Assembly: GCA_023264635.1 (NCBI GenBank)
Contig: JAHFLT010000005.1
Span: 4,582-68,581 of the forward strand
Origin: Candidatus Woesearchaeota archaeon
GTDB taxonomy: Archaea; Nanobdellota; Nanobdellia; Woesearchaeales; JAGVYF01
DNA: 64,000 bases
Reading direction: 5' to 3'
Shown: positions 1 to 8,670 of the stretch, piece by piece
Numbering within the stretch: position 1 is the stretch's first letter
Layout of the letters: each line of letters starts with the position of its first letter
Position numbers and translations under genes: made by a program
The notes under the pieces: generated by a model
What the model saw: the letters and a program-made list of their open reading frames with translations, nothing else
The model's database searches: none
Told to the model about the DNA's origin: nothing

Positions 1-586
1 CTTTCTTCCCTTTTTCCACCAATTTTTTTATTATTTCTCCCATCTCGGGATATTCAGCAGCCCGTTTACCGTAACGATTCAGGTAAATAAGATCTCCCAA
101 TGTGAAATGCGGTTTTTCAGTTCCTGTCTCTTCGCTGTAACCAAGCACAACAATCAGGTGTGGCACTACAACAGTTGGCAGTGCCAGTATATCCTTTATT
201 TTTTCCTCATCAAATGCCGAAACCCAGCAGGAGCCTAAACCCAACTCATGGGCTTTCAGAAGCATAAGCATTGCAGCTGCAGCTGCATCCTGCACAGCAT
301 AACCATTTCCAGGTTCCCCATAAAATCTTTTCACATCGCGATTATCAGTGCACACAACGATAAGGGCACCTGCATTTGCCATCCAGATTTGCTCTTCGCA
401 TGCATTCGCAACTTTTTCCTTCTGTGTCTCATCTGTTACCACCACAAACCGCCATTCCTGTAAATTTCCAGCAGTAGGCGCATTCGTTCCAGTCTTAATG
501 ATGGTAGCCAAGATCGATGCAGCCACCTCTTTTGGAGAGAATTTATGCACAGAATGCCTTTTTACAATGCATTCATCCAATTCCAT
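1..586 (-). CDS. Nitroreductase-family protein; its C-terminus runs past the window start
   Basis: Hand translation of the minus strand gives MELDECIVKRHSVHKF...NLQEWRFVVVTDE...AHELGLGSCWVSAFDE..., with the typical nitroreductase GLGSxW motif. The reading frame is still open at position 1. A TATA-like tttatata lies about 25 nt upstream of the ATG at 586. The + strand ORFs listed at 248..626 are antisense junk. Confidence 0.6.
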   Translation of the reverse strand, partial: MELDECIVKRHSVHKFSPKEVAASILATIIKTGTNAPTAGNLQEWRFVVVTDETQKEKVANACEEQIWMANAGALIVVCTDNRDVKRFYGEPGNGYAVQDAAAAAMLMLLKAHELGLGSCWVSAFDEEKIKDILALPTVVVPHLIVVLGYSEETGTEKPHFTLGDLIYLNRYGKRAAEYPEMGEIIKKLVEKGKK

Positions 587-865
587 GTGTAGCATCAGCC
601 AAAAAGTGTATATAAATATATCGTAGAAGCCGTTGAAACGTCAGAATTTCACTCGTGTTTCACGAGTCAAGAGCATAGTGTATAGTACTACCTTCAGCTC
701 ATGGAATTCTGAATATGCTCAAAAAATGCAAAAGCATTTTTTTTTGGTTTTTGTGCAAGAAATCACTTATGCTTTCTTTGCAACCGAAGCATTAGCTGAG
801 GAACTTTTCAATAGCGAAATATCGTAACAACATTTAAAAACACGTTTATGTCCCACTGCGTCCAT

Positions 866-1093
866 GCGACAGTAGTCTAGTGGTAGGACGCTACCCTGCC
901 ACGGTAGCAACCCGGGTTCGAATAGGGTTTTGTGGTTAGAGGTTTGTGGCTTGAGGTAAAATGATCAGAGATTGTGGTTTGAGAATGAGGTTTGTGGTTG
1001 GAATACGACAAGCCTCGAACACCAGACTTTGATTAATAAAACCTCAAACTTCAAACTAAGAACATCAAATCAACGAAATTCCCGGCTGTCGCA
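866..1093 (+). tRNA. tRNA-Gly(GCC) interrupted by a ~157-nt intron (about 924..1080) in the T-loop/T-stem
   Basis: Acceptor 5' gcgacag (866-872) pairs perfectly with ctgtcgc (1086-1092), followed by discriminator a. D-arm is gtct/agtggta/ggac. Anticodon stem ctacc/ggtag has loop ctGCCac. T-stem 5' is ccggg with T-loop ttcgaat (917-923). The matching 3' T-stem cccgg appears only at 1081-1085. Exon ttcg can pair with intron-3' cgaa, giving a BHB-like helix. The 3' end is followed by a T-run. Confidence 0.75.
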
Positions 1094-1144
1094 TCTATTT
1101 TTTTTGTCAATTACGTTTAAATAATCAAGAACCATGATAAAGCC

Positions 1145-1462
1145 ATGTTCAATATAGGTACAGACATTGTCTTTATTCCCAAGATAAAAAAGATTCTCAC
1201 AGATAGTTCATTCCTCAACAGAGTCTTTCATGAAGATGAACGCACACCGTTTACAGCTGAGCACCTTGCTGGCATTTACGCTGCAAAGGAAGCTTTTTTT
1301 AAAGCGCTTGGAAAGGATCCATCTTGGCTGTCTGTCCACATCAAAGGCAAAGCACCACAATGTGTTCTCACACCGCAGCTTGCGCAAAAAATAAAGCACA
1401 CAAGCCTCAGCATAAGCCATGATAAAGAATATGCTATTGCGCAGGTGCTCGTAGAGCTATGA
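1145..1462 (+). CDS. acpS: Holo-[acyl-carrier-protein] synthase (4'-phosphopantetheinyl transferase, AcpS type)
   Basis: IGTDIVFI near the N-terminus, AAKEAFFKALG, and a C-terminal ISISHDKEYAIAQV match the AcpS signature. Size is about 105 aa. Its stop overlaps the start of the next gene (ATGA). Confidence 0.75.
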   Translation: MFNIGTDIVFIPKIKKILTDSSFLNRVFHEDERTPFTAEHLAGIYAAKEAFFKALGKDPSWLSVHIKGKAPQCVLTPQLAQKIKHTSLSISHDKEYAIAQVLVEL

Positions 1463-3831
1463 ACACTATCTTAGAGTTGATTGATAGCCTGAAGGAGAAA
1501 GAAGGGATAGCATTAACTTCTTTCAATGGATATCGACATTTTCATTACACCTACCAAGAACTCTACGACCTTGCCAGTAGGACAGCAGCTTTACTTGATC
1601 ATATAGGTATCAACAAAAAAGATGTTGTACTCATCTGGGGACCTAACCAGCCGGAGTGGGTAGCTGCTTTTTTAGCATGCATCATCCGAGGTGCGATTGC
1701 TGTACCGATAGATGTGCATAACAAACCAGATTTTGTTGAGAAAGTGCAAAAGCAGACAAAAGCGAAGCTGCTCATTACCAATACACCGCTATCCCAAATC
1801 AAGTCACTGTCCTTGAATAATCTCTTTTATGCATTACAATTTCCACCATCCCAACCAAGAGAATGCTTTGAAAAAGATATTGTTGAAATACTATACACAT
1901 CTGGCACAACAGGAGAACCAAAGGGAGTTGCGTTGTCACACAAGAATTTCTGCGCAAGCCTTTTGGCATTGCAGATGCTCATCAAGCCAGAGAAGCACAC
2001 AGTTCTCTCTGTGCTACCATTGAGCCACATTTTCGAACAAGTTATTGGCCTTCTGTTGCCATTACAATTTGGAGCAAGAATTATTTATTTACCTTCTCTT
2101 AAACCATCCCTTTTGCTTGACAGTATCAGGAAAGAACGTGTAACCATTCTGTTATTGATGCCGCGTATGATGGAACTTTTGCTGGTAGAGTTGCAGTGTT
2201 CTCCACTCTATTCTTTTTATTCATTGACAAAAACAGGGAAGCTGTTGTTAGCGCCTTCACTGCACTTCATTGTGGTGGGCGGCGCTCCACTGGACAATGA
2301 ACTTGAGCGTGCATGGGAAAAACTTGGTTTCGAGGTTCTGCAAGGATATGGCATGACAGAAACAACCGCCTTACTAACCTGTTTATTGCCAGAAGTTCAT
2401 GTGCATAACTCTGTTGGCAAAGCAGTGCCAGGTGTTGAACTTAAAGTGGAGAACGATGAGATTGTAGTGCGGGGGGATAATGTCTTTACTGCATACTACC
2501 GGAACAAGCAAAAAACAAGCGCTGCATTTTCTAAGGGATGGTTTAAGACCGGTGACATGGGAGAATGTGACTCTGCAGGATTCATATACATCAAAGGACG
2601 AAAAAAAGATATGATAAAAACAAGCTCGGGCTTCACTATTTATCCTGAAGATATAGAAGCTGTGCTGAAAAAATGCAGTGGCGTAAGAGATGCATGTGTA
2701 ATTGGCATTCCAACACGCAAAGGAGAAAAAGTTCATGCAGTCCTCTTACTTGAAAATGGAAATCCTGAAGAGGTTATCGCAGAAGCAAACAAACAGCTTG
2801 ATGAGATACAAAAAATTACAGATTATTCACTTTGGCCAGATCGAGATTTTCCCCGAACTCCTCTGCAGAAGGTGAAGAAAAATGTCGTTCTTGGTATTGT
2901 TCTTGGTATAACACCAAAAAGAATTGCAAAGACTCAGAGGGAAAGACTTCCCCCGCTCAAAGCAACGATTGCCCAACTGACAACGAAAAATATCTTGCCA
3001 AATGCACAGTTGAGAGACCTTGATTTTTCCTCGTTGGATAGAGTTGAACTTGCAACACGGTTAGAGCAGGAGTTTCTTACTGATGTTGATGAGAACGAAC
3101 TGCGCCCAGAGACAACAGTAGCTGATGTTGAGAAATTAATTCTCAAAGGAATACGAGAGAGAGAGGTGCATGTACGCCGCTGGACGCGCTGGAGTATTAT
3201 ACGTCTCATCCGTGTTGTCATCCAGCACTTTTTGTATATTGTAACAGCACTCTTGTGTAGGCGTGTTGTGAAGGGAAGAGAAAATGTCTCTGGAATACGG
3301 GGTCCTGTGATTTTTATTGCAAATCATGCAAGCCATCTTGATACGCCTGTCCTTCTTATGAGCTTGCCATTTTCATTGCGTGAAAAAATTACACCAGCTG
3401 CATGGGAAGAATATTTTTTTGAGGAACGGAAAGAGTGGTACTGGAAAGTGTATCAGTTATTTGCCTATAATTTTACAACTATATTCTGGAATGCCTTCAT
3501 GTTCCCGCAGACAAAAGGTTTCCGTAAGGCATTGCGTTATGCAGGAGAATTAGTGGATGATGGATGGAGCATTCTTGTTTTCCCTGAAGGTGCACGCACG
3601 ACAACCGGCAAGTTGTTGCCATTCAAGGAAGGGATTGGATTTTTGGCAAAAGAGCTGAAGATACCAATTGTGCCGATAAAGCTTGAAGGATTATTGCCTA
3701 TTTTACCCAGAGGAAAAATTATCCCTTCACCAGGAAAAGTGATGGTGAAAATAGGAAAGCCATTATCATTCACCACCGAATCTGTTGTTGAGATAACTAA
3801 GTATATCGAAGATGCTCTAAAGAGGTTGTGA
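1459..3831 (+). CDS. Fusion protein: AMP-dependent acyl-ACP/CoA synthetase, internal phosphopantetheine carrier domain, and PlsC-type 1-acyl-glycerol-3-phosphate acyltransferase (Aas-like, with a different domain order)
   Basis: AMP-binding motifs YTSGTTGEPKG, GWFKTGDMG and YIKGRKKDMIKTSSGFTIYPEDIE. Carrier motif LDFSSLDRVEL. Acyltransferase motifs HX4D (FIANHASHLD) and FPEGARTT. Confidence 0.8.
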   Translation: MNTILELIDSLKEKEGIALTSFNGYRHFHYTYQELYDLASRTAALLDHIGINKKDVVLIWGPNQPEWVAAFLACIIRGAIAVPIDVHNKPDFVEKVQKQTKAKLLITNTPLSQIKSLSLNNLFYALQFPPSQPRECFEKDIVEILYTSGTTGEPKGVALSHKNFCASLLALQMLIKPEKHTVLSVLPLSHIFEQVIGLLLPLQFGARIIYLPSLKPSLLLDSIRKERVTILLLMPRMMELLLVELQCSPLYSFYSLTKTGKLLLAPSLHFIVVGGAPLDNELERAWEKLGFEVLQGYGMTETTALLTCLLPEVHVHNSVGKAVPGVELKVENDEIVVRGDNVFTAYYRNKQKTSAAFSKGWFKTGDMGECDSAGFIYIKGRKKDMIKTSSGFTIYPEDIEAVLKKCSGVRDACVIGIPTRKGEKVHAVLLLENGNPEEVIAEANKQLDEIQKITDYSLWPDRDFPRTPLQKVKKNVVLGIVLGITPKRIAKTQRERLPPLKATIAQLTTKNILPNAQLRDLDFSSLDRVELATRLEQEFLTDVDENELRPETTVADVEKLILKGIREREVHVRRWTRWSIIRLIRVVIQHFLYIVTALLCRRVVKGRENVSGIRGPVIFIANHASHLDTPVLLMSLPFSLREKITPAAWEEYFFEERKEWYWKVYQLFAYNFTTIFWNAFMFPQTKGFRKALRYAGELVDDGWSILVFPEGARTTTGKLLPFKEGIGFLAKELKIPIVPIKLEGLLPILPRGKIIPSPGKVMVKIGKPLSFTTESVVEITKYIEDALKRL

Positions 3832-4079
3832 AGAAGGAATGCCGTCTTCAGGTAAAAATTTATAACCTCACCATATCCACTACCATTATGCCCCTAATTA
3901 TGCACAAACGCATTTCCATCATTCCTTATCAGGACTATACTCCATGGGGATATCTCTTTGAAACCGTTGCTTTGCAGGAACATCTCTTTCCCACCCTAAG
4001 TAAGTATGATTCCACAACATCCTATATTCTGATGAAAGACAAACAAAGCCACTACTATGTCTATATCAGTTTTTTATAA
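3828..4079 (+). CDS. Hypothetical small ORF with a GTG start and low-complexity sequence; doubtful
   Basis: ORF track only. No recognisable motifs. Confidence 0.15.
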   Translation: MKKECRLQVKIYNLTISTTIMPLIMHKRISIIPYQDYTPWGYLFETVALQEHLFPTLSKYDSTTSYILMKDKQSHYYVYISFL

Positions 4080-4124
4080 GTTTATGGCGCCAGTTTTTTA
4101 TAGCATTGACTATTTGTATGGAGC

Positions 4125-4814
4125 ATGCATTGTACGGTTGTAGATCTTGGCATAATCCCCTTTAGAGAGGCATTGGCACTGCAGGAGAAAATGTGTGCAT
4201 TACGTGCAGAGAATAAAATAGAAGATCACCTTCTCCTGCTTGAACACGATCCCATCATCACACTCGGCAGGAAAGCAACTAAAGAGATGTTTCGTGTTTC
4301 ACCCATCGAGATTCGCAAAATGGGCATTGACGTTATTGAAATAGATCGCGGAGGAAACATCACCTACCATGGCCCAGGACAACTAGTAGGATACCCTATT
4401 TTGAATTTCAGCAGACTTGTAGAGGAACAACAACTTACTGTGGAGAAATATATGATCATTCTCCGACGAATGCTGCTTGCTGTTTTACGTGATTTTGACA
4501 TTGATGCATGGCAGGAAGATGGCGGTGTATGGGTTGCCGAAGGAATAAAAATCGGAGCGACAGGCATTGCAATTAAATCATTCCCTTCTATGAAAGTCAC
4601 CAAGCACGGCTTTGCATTAGATGTGAACACCAATTTAGCTCATTTTGCGACCATCGCACCATGCGGGTACCCTAATGCAGAAGCTATTTCAATGCAGAAG
4701 ATTCTCCAGAAGAAAATTGATATGACTTATATTAAACAAAGCATCATCAACATATTTGGAGATGCATTTGGACATAGTTTAGAAGTGGGGAACAGAAAAG
4801 ATATGTTTATATAA
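4125..4814 (+). CDS. lipB: Octanoyltransferase (lipoyl/octanoyl-protein ligase B)
   Basis: LLLEHDPIITLGRKA and RGGNITYHGPGQLVGYPIL are the conserved LipB core. About 229 aa. Confidence 0.75.
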   Translation: MHCTVVDLGIIPFREALALQEKMCALRAENKIEDHLLLLEHDPIITLGRKATKEMFRVSPIEIRKMGIDVIEIDRGGNITYHGPGQLVGYPILNFSRLVEEQQLTVEKYMIILRRMLLAVLRDFDIDAWQEDGGVWVAEGIKIGATGIAIKSFPSMKVTKHGFALDVNTNLAHFATIAPCGYPNAEAISMQKILQKKIDMTYIKQSIINIFGDAFGHSLEVGNRKDMFI

Positions 4815-4837
4815 GAGCGTCTCCAATTTATCCTAAA

Positions 4838-5170
4838 ATGATTCTAACAGAAGAGAAATCAGCTTATTATGTTGCGGCTCGTAAAAAAGGTTCAGAAGAC
4901 TCCTTCCAGTTTGTCAAATATGAAAAACACGGCAGGTGTGCCGGTGGACTTTCTACCGAGTGGAGTGTTGGTTTTAGAGTCGGGAATTATGCCTGTTCTG
5001 AAGAGATAGCAAAGAAAGCGCAGGAAGAACTTGAAAAACGAGGGTTTGAAGTACAGATTATAAAACAGTACTGGCCTTCGGGACATATCGATCTTGATGG
5101 GATTATTTTTGCAGAAGGACTGGAAAAAATTGCGAAGAATATTATAAAGAAAAGCAAGCGGGAATTATAA
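4838..5170 (+). CDS. Hypothetical protein
   Basis: Clean 110-aa ORF with no recognisable family. Confidence 0.3.
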   Translation: MILTEEKSAYYVAARKKGSEDSFQFVKYEKHGRCAGGLSTEWSVGFRVGNYACSEEIAKKAQEELEKRGFEVQIIKQYWPSGHIDLDGIIFAEGLEKIAKNIIKKSKREL

Positions 5171-5176
5171 TTTTTC

Positions 5177-6232
5177 TTAGTCTTTCCACGTCCTCATCGC
5201 TTCTCCCAAACGTCGTAATCCTTCACGGAGAATATCCTCTTTTACACTATAGCCAATCCGAAGAAACCCCTCCGCTTCAAAGAAAGCACCAGGAATCACG
5301 CGTGTCTGATACGTATCAATAAGATAGTCAACAAATGCGCGTGTATCACTGACAGGTACTTTAACGAACCCTATAGGAGTTCCATTTGGTTCAACCCATT
5401 GGACATTATAGTGTGTTACCCATTCTTTCATGAGGGAAAAGTTTTTTCGCAGCCTCGCAAGCGTCAGCCCTCTCCACATATCTTCATTACGTAATACCTC
5501 TTGTGTTTTTTTGTCAATAACCGAAGAGACGTCTGCATGGAGAAGCGTATTTGCTTCCTCTATTTTAGAGATAAGCGACTCTTCTCCCACAACCCACCCA
5601 ACTTTGAGCTTGCCAAGTCCATATGGTTTATTCACGTGCGACAGAGAAAGGGCATATTTTGTCATGTGACAGAGGGGAGATGACTTCACAAATGAGGCCT
5701 CATTATAGACCTCATCAGAAAGAATAATGCTCTTGTTTTGCTCAGCATACGCAGCAAGTTCTTCAAGATTCTTTTGCGATAGTGATGTCCCAGAAGGATT
5801 ATGTGGGTTGGTGAGGATGACCATTGCCGGAGCTGGTTTTTGATATGAAGGAAGAGGTAACGCAAAGCTCTGCTCAAAAAGGCGTTGTAACGGTTGAATG
5901 GCACAGCCCATGCTTCTCGCTCCCAGTACAAGTGGCTCGTACACCGGTGTTTCAACAGCGACACTATCTTTTGGAGAAAGAAAAGTCTGCACAATAAGCT
6001 GGACAAGGAGAGAAACGCCTGTGGTGACGAATATATTTTTCTTTTCTACATTATACTTTGCTGCAAGAAGTGATCGTAACTCAGGACTTCCACTCATAAA
6101 CGGAACAGAGAGCTTTGTCTGAGGAACAATAACCTCATACTCTTCAGGACACATCCCACTTGAATACAAATCATACTTTATGAAACGCTTTTCTCTTTCC
6201 AGCCAGAGCAAATATGAAGAAGGAATAATCAT
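5177..6232 (-). CDS. PLP-dependent aminotransferase, class I/II
   Basis: ILTNPHNPSGT motif (NPxNPTG) and LSHVNKPYGLGKLKVGW with the PLP-lysine region. Stop/start overlap with the downstream gdh (ATGA at 6229-6232). Confidence 0.7.
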   Translation of the reverse strand: MIIPSSYLLWLEREKRFIKYDLYSSGMCPEEYEVIVPQTKLSVPFMSGSPELRSLLAAKYNVEKKNIFVTTGVSLLVQLIVQTFLSPKDSVAVETPVYEPLVLGARSMGCAIQPLQRLFEQSFALPLPSYQKPAPAMVILTNPHNPSGTSLSQKNLEELAAYAEQNKSIILSDEVYNEASFVKSSPLCHMTKYALSLSHVNKPYGLGKLKVGWVVGEESLISKIEEANTLLHADVSSVIDKKTQEVLRNEDMWRGLTLARLRKNFSLMKEWVTHYNVQWVEPNGTPIGFVKVPVSDTRAFVDYLIDTYQTRVIPGAFFEAEGFLRIGYSVKEDILREGLRRLGEAMRTWKD

Positions 6233-7491
6233 GGAAAATGCCCGCGCATCTTGACGTAATTCGCTACCTTTCCGATAGCAAGGACATAAGCCCCTGTTCG
6301 GAGATCAGTATTGTACTGCTTAGCCGCATTCTTCACGCGCACAAAAGCACGATCCATGTACTTGCTAAGTTCATCATACACGCGCTGTTCCTCCCACTGT
6401 AGTTCCTGCTTATCTTGTGCCCACTCAAAGTAGCTGACAGTGACGCCACCAGCATTCGCGAGGATGTCAGGCACAACAATAGTGCCATTTGCAGCCAGTA
6501 TTTTTTCCGCATCCACTGTTGTAGGAGCGTTAGCGCCTTCTACCACCATCTTTGCTTTAATACGGGGGGCATTCTCTGGAGTCAGCTGGTTCTCTAAAGC
6601 TGCCGGAACCAATATGTCAACTGGCAACTCGAGAATATCTTTAACACCACTATGTTCTGCATTGGGATACCCTTGCAGCGTTTTTGTTTTCAATGAATAT
6701 GCAATGACATCATCTATGCCCAACCCCCTTTTGTTATGGATTGTCCCGTTGATATCAGATACCGCAACTACTTTGCATCCGCGCAACTCCAATTGTTTTG
6801 CAGAGACACTTCCCACATTACCAAATCCCTGCACAGCTACTTTCATCCCTTTTAGGTCTCCACGATAAAATTCCCGCCATGCACGTTCTGCGATTTGCAC
6901 AACCCCTCTACCTGTTGCCTCTGCTCTTCCCTGACTACCATATAATTCTACGGGTTTCCCTGTCACAACGCTTGATACAGTGTTTCCATTATTCTCTATA
7001 ATGCTATATGTGTCCATTATCCAGGCCATCACTTCAGCATTTGTCCCCATGTCTGGTGCAGGAACATCCCTGTCTGGATGGAAGACATTGCGCATTTCAT
7101 AGGTATATCTGCGTGTCATTCTCTCTAGCTCTCCTTTGGAAAGTGTCCTCGGATCGCATGTAATGCCACCTTTTGCTCCGCTAAAAGGCAAGTCAACAAC
7201 TGCACATTTCCATGTCATGAGAAATGCCAATGCCTTTATTTCATCTAAATCCACAGAAGGCGCATATCGTATCCCACCTTTTGTTGGTGTCATGAACTTG
7301 TGCCGCACTCTATAGCCAGTAAACATCTTTATCTCACCATTATCTGTCATCACTGGGAAATTCACTTCCAGTTCAAAATTAGTCTTTCGTAACCGTGGAA
7401 GGATATTTTTATCGATATCCATCAGTGCAGCTGCCTGGTCAAATTGTTTTTGTGCATTCTTGTACGGATTGATTTTCTCTTCCATCATCAT
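6229..7491 (-). CDS. gdhA: Glutamate dehydrogenase
   Basis: KGGIRYAPSVDLDEIKALAFLMTWKCAVVDLPFSGAKGGI and the GFGNVG NAD(P) Rossmann motif. Likely start is MMMEEKINPY at about 7491. The ORF track extends to 7623, which would overlap the divergent ZIP gene. Confidence 0.85.
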   Translation of the reverse strand: MMMEEKINPYKNAQKQFDQAAALMDIDKNILPRLRKTNFELEVNFPVMTDNGEIKMFTGYRVRHKFMTPTKGGIRYAPSVDLDEIKALAFLMTWKCAVVDLPFSGAKGGITCDPRTLSKGELERMTRRYTYEMRNVFHPDRDVPAPDMGTNAEVMAWIMDTYSIIENNGNTVSSVVTGKPVELYGSQGRAEATGRGVVQIAERAWREFYRGDLKGMKVAVQGFGNVGSVSAKQLELRGCKVVAVSDINGTIHNKRGLGIDDVIAYSLKTKTLQGYPNAEHSGVKDILELPVDILVPAALENQLTPENAPRIKAKMVVEGANAPTTVDAEKILAANGTIVVPDILANAGGVTVSYFEWAQDKQELQWEEQRVYDELSKYMDRAFVRVKNAAKQYNTDLRTGAYVLAIGKVANYVKMRGHFP

Positions 7492-7595
7492 CCCCCCGGC
7501 AATAACCCGTCTAATCCATTTTGCAATTATTTCGTCTTCAAACGTCATAATACAAGCGCGAAATGTAATCGTCGTAATGCTGGTATTTAAATTAG

Positions 7596-8348
7596 TTGCG
7601 CACAAAGCTTTTAAAGAAAACAAAACTATGCATTACCATGTTACTCTATATCCTTTTCAGTATAGCTATTGTTAGTCTTATTTCCCTTGTGGGGGTATTT
7701 TTTTTTTCTGGTTTCCTTGAGAGACATTTATTCCTTCTTGTCGGTTTTGCTACTGGTGCGTTGCTTGGTACAACATTTTTCGATATACTGCCTGAAACAA
7801 ATGAAACAAGCATTGTTTTAGTTGGTATATTAGTTTCTTTCCTCCTGGAAAAATTGTTTTGGCATCATCACCATCATTATGAAGAACACCATAAACACGT
7901 TCATCCTGCTGCTTATCTCAATCTCGTAGGAGATGGCATCCACAACTTTATTGACGGAACAATAATCACATCTGCTTATCTTACAAGTATACCACTTGGA
8001 GTAACAGTAACATTGGCCATCATCCTTCATGAAATTCCACAGGAGATAGGTGATTTCGGCATTCTTTTGGCAAGTGGTTTCACGAAAGAGAAAGCATTGT
8101 TCTATAACTTTCTTTCAGCGCTCACTGCATTTGCAGGTGGGTTACTCGTCTACTTCTTTTCATTTAGTATGAAAACACTTGCGCCTACATTACTCGCATT
8201 TGCTGCCGGTGGATTTTTATATATTACAAATGTAGATATGATGCCGGAGTTACATAAAGAAAAAGACACGAAAAAATCAATACAGCAAGTTATTTTTATT
8301 TTGTTAGGAATTGGAGTTATTTGGATTGGTGCTCAACACGGAAGGTGA
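7596..8348 (+). CDS. zupT: ZIP-family zinc/iron permease (ZupT-like)
   Basis: HNFIDG and LAIILHEIPQEIGDFGIL motifs, a His-rich loop HHHHHYEEHHKH, and multiple TM helices. An alternative start lies at M7638. Confidence 0.75.
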   Translation: MRTKLLKKTKLCITMLLYILFSIAIVSLISLVGVFFFSGFLERHLFLLVGFATGALLGTTFFDILPETNETSIVLVGILVSFLLEKLFWHHHHHYEEHHKHVHPAAYLNLVGDGIHNFIDGTIITSAYLTSIPLGVTVTLAIILHEIPQEIGDFGILLASGFTKEKALFYNFLSALTAFAGGLLVYFFSFSMKTLAPTLLAFAAGGFLYITNVDMMPELHKEKDTKKSIQQVIFILLGIGVIWIGAQHGR

Positions 8349-8422
8349 CTTTCTCACATCCACATCCTCATCTGTTAGTTTAAAGATGAGTGTTTCATTG
8401 GTCATTGATTTATTTCCCTCTT

Positions 8423-8670
8423 AAGTTTTTCCCAGGTTTTTTTCGCTGAGCCGAAGGTGAAGTCGAAAAAAAGCAGGTGTAAGTTGCAGCGAAACTGCCT
8501 ACTCTTTTCCCAGGTTCCAAAGAAATTCTTTTGGAATTTCTTGGACCAAGACGAGCTTTGCTCGTCTTTGGTTTTGGGAGTGAGCCGAAGGCGAACGAAC
8601 AAAAAGCTGAAATGGGCCCACCCGGATTTTCTACTGGGTATTCAGTCTTTGAACCGGGGACCTTCACCTT
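8423..8670. repeat. Expanded copy (A) of a repeated intergenic element: core motifs tttttcccagg, gctgagccgaagg, aaaaagctg and tttgaaccggg, with an internal partial duplication and two strong hairpins
   Basis: The same motifs in the same order as element B at 41526..41612. Hairpins are agaaattc-tttt-gaatttct (8521-8541) and ccaagacgagc-ttt-gctcgtctttgg (8546-8571), each followed by a T-run. A long-range 9-bp pairing aaggtgaag (8453-8461) with cttcacctt (8663-8671) also encloses part of the region. It lies in a 470-bp gap between convergent genes. Confidence 0.5.

Noticed and set aside
248-626. Plus-strand ORFs 248..463 and 348..626 from the ORF track
   Set aside because: Low-complexity Cys/Ser-rich translations. 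They lie antisense to a clean nitroreductase-family reading frame that I translated by hand on the minus strand.
924-1080. Alternative reading of the tRNA-Gly insert as an IS/MITE insertion that killed the tRNA
   Set aside because: There is no transposase ORF or inverted terminal repeats. The exons rejoin into a perfect cloverleaf, and an exon-intron helix (ttcg/cgaa) is available at the junction. This favours a spliceable intron, though it remains unproven without RNA data.
866-1093. Integrated element or integrase next to the tRNA gene
   Set aside because: The flanking genes are a nitroreductase and acpS. There is no integrase or recombinase, and no direct repeat of the tRNA 3' end within the window.
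6440-6868. 142-aa plus-strand ORF antisense to gdhA
   Set aside because: Ala/Ser/Pro-rich antisense artefact of a strongly conserved glutamate dehydrogenase gene.
8423-8670. Assigning element A or B to SRP RNA helix 8 or RNase P CR motifs
   Set aside because: Partial resemblances only (CCAGGU...GCCGAAGG...GAAGCGG against the helix-8 consensus; ACAGAAC against CR-V). These are too weak by eye. Left as an open hypothesis to test with covariance models.
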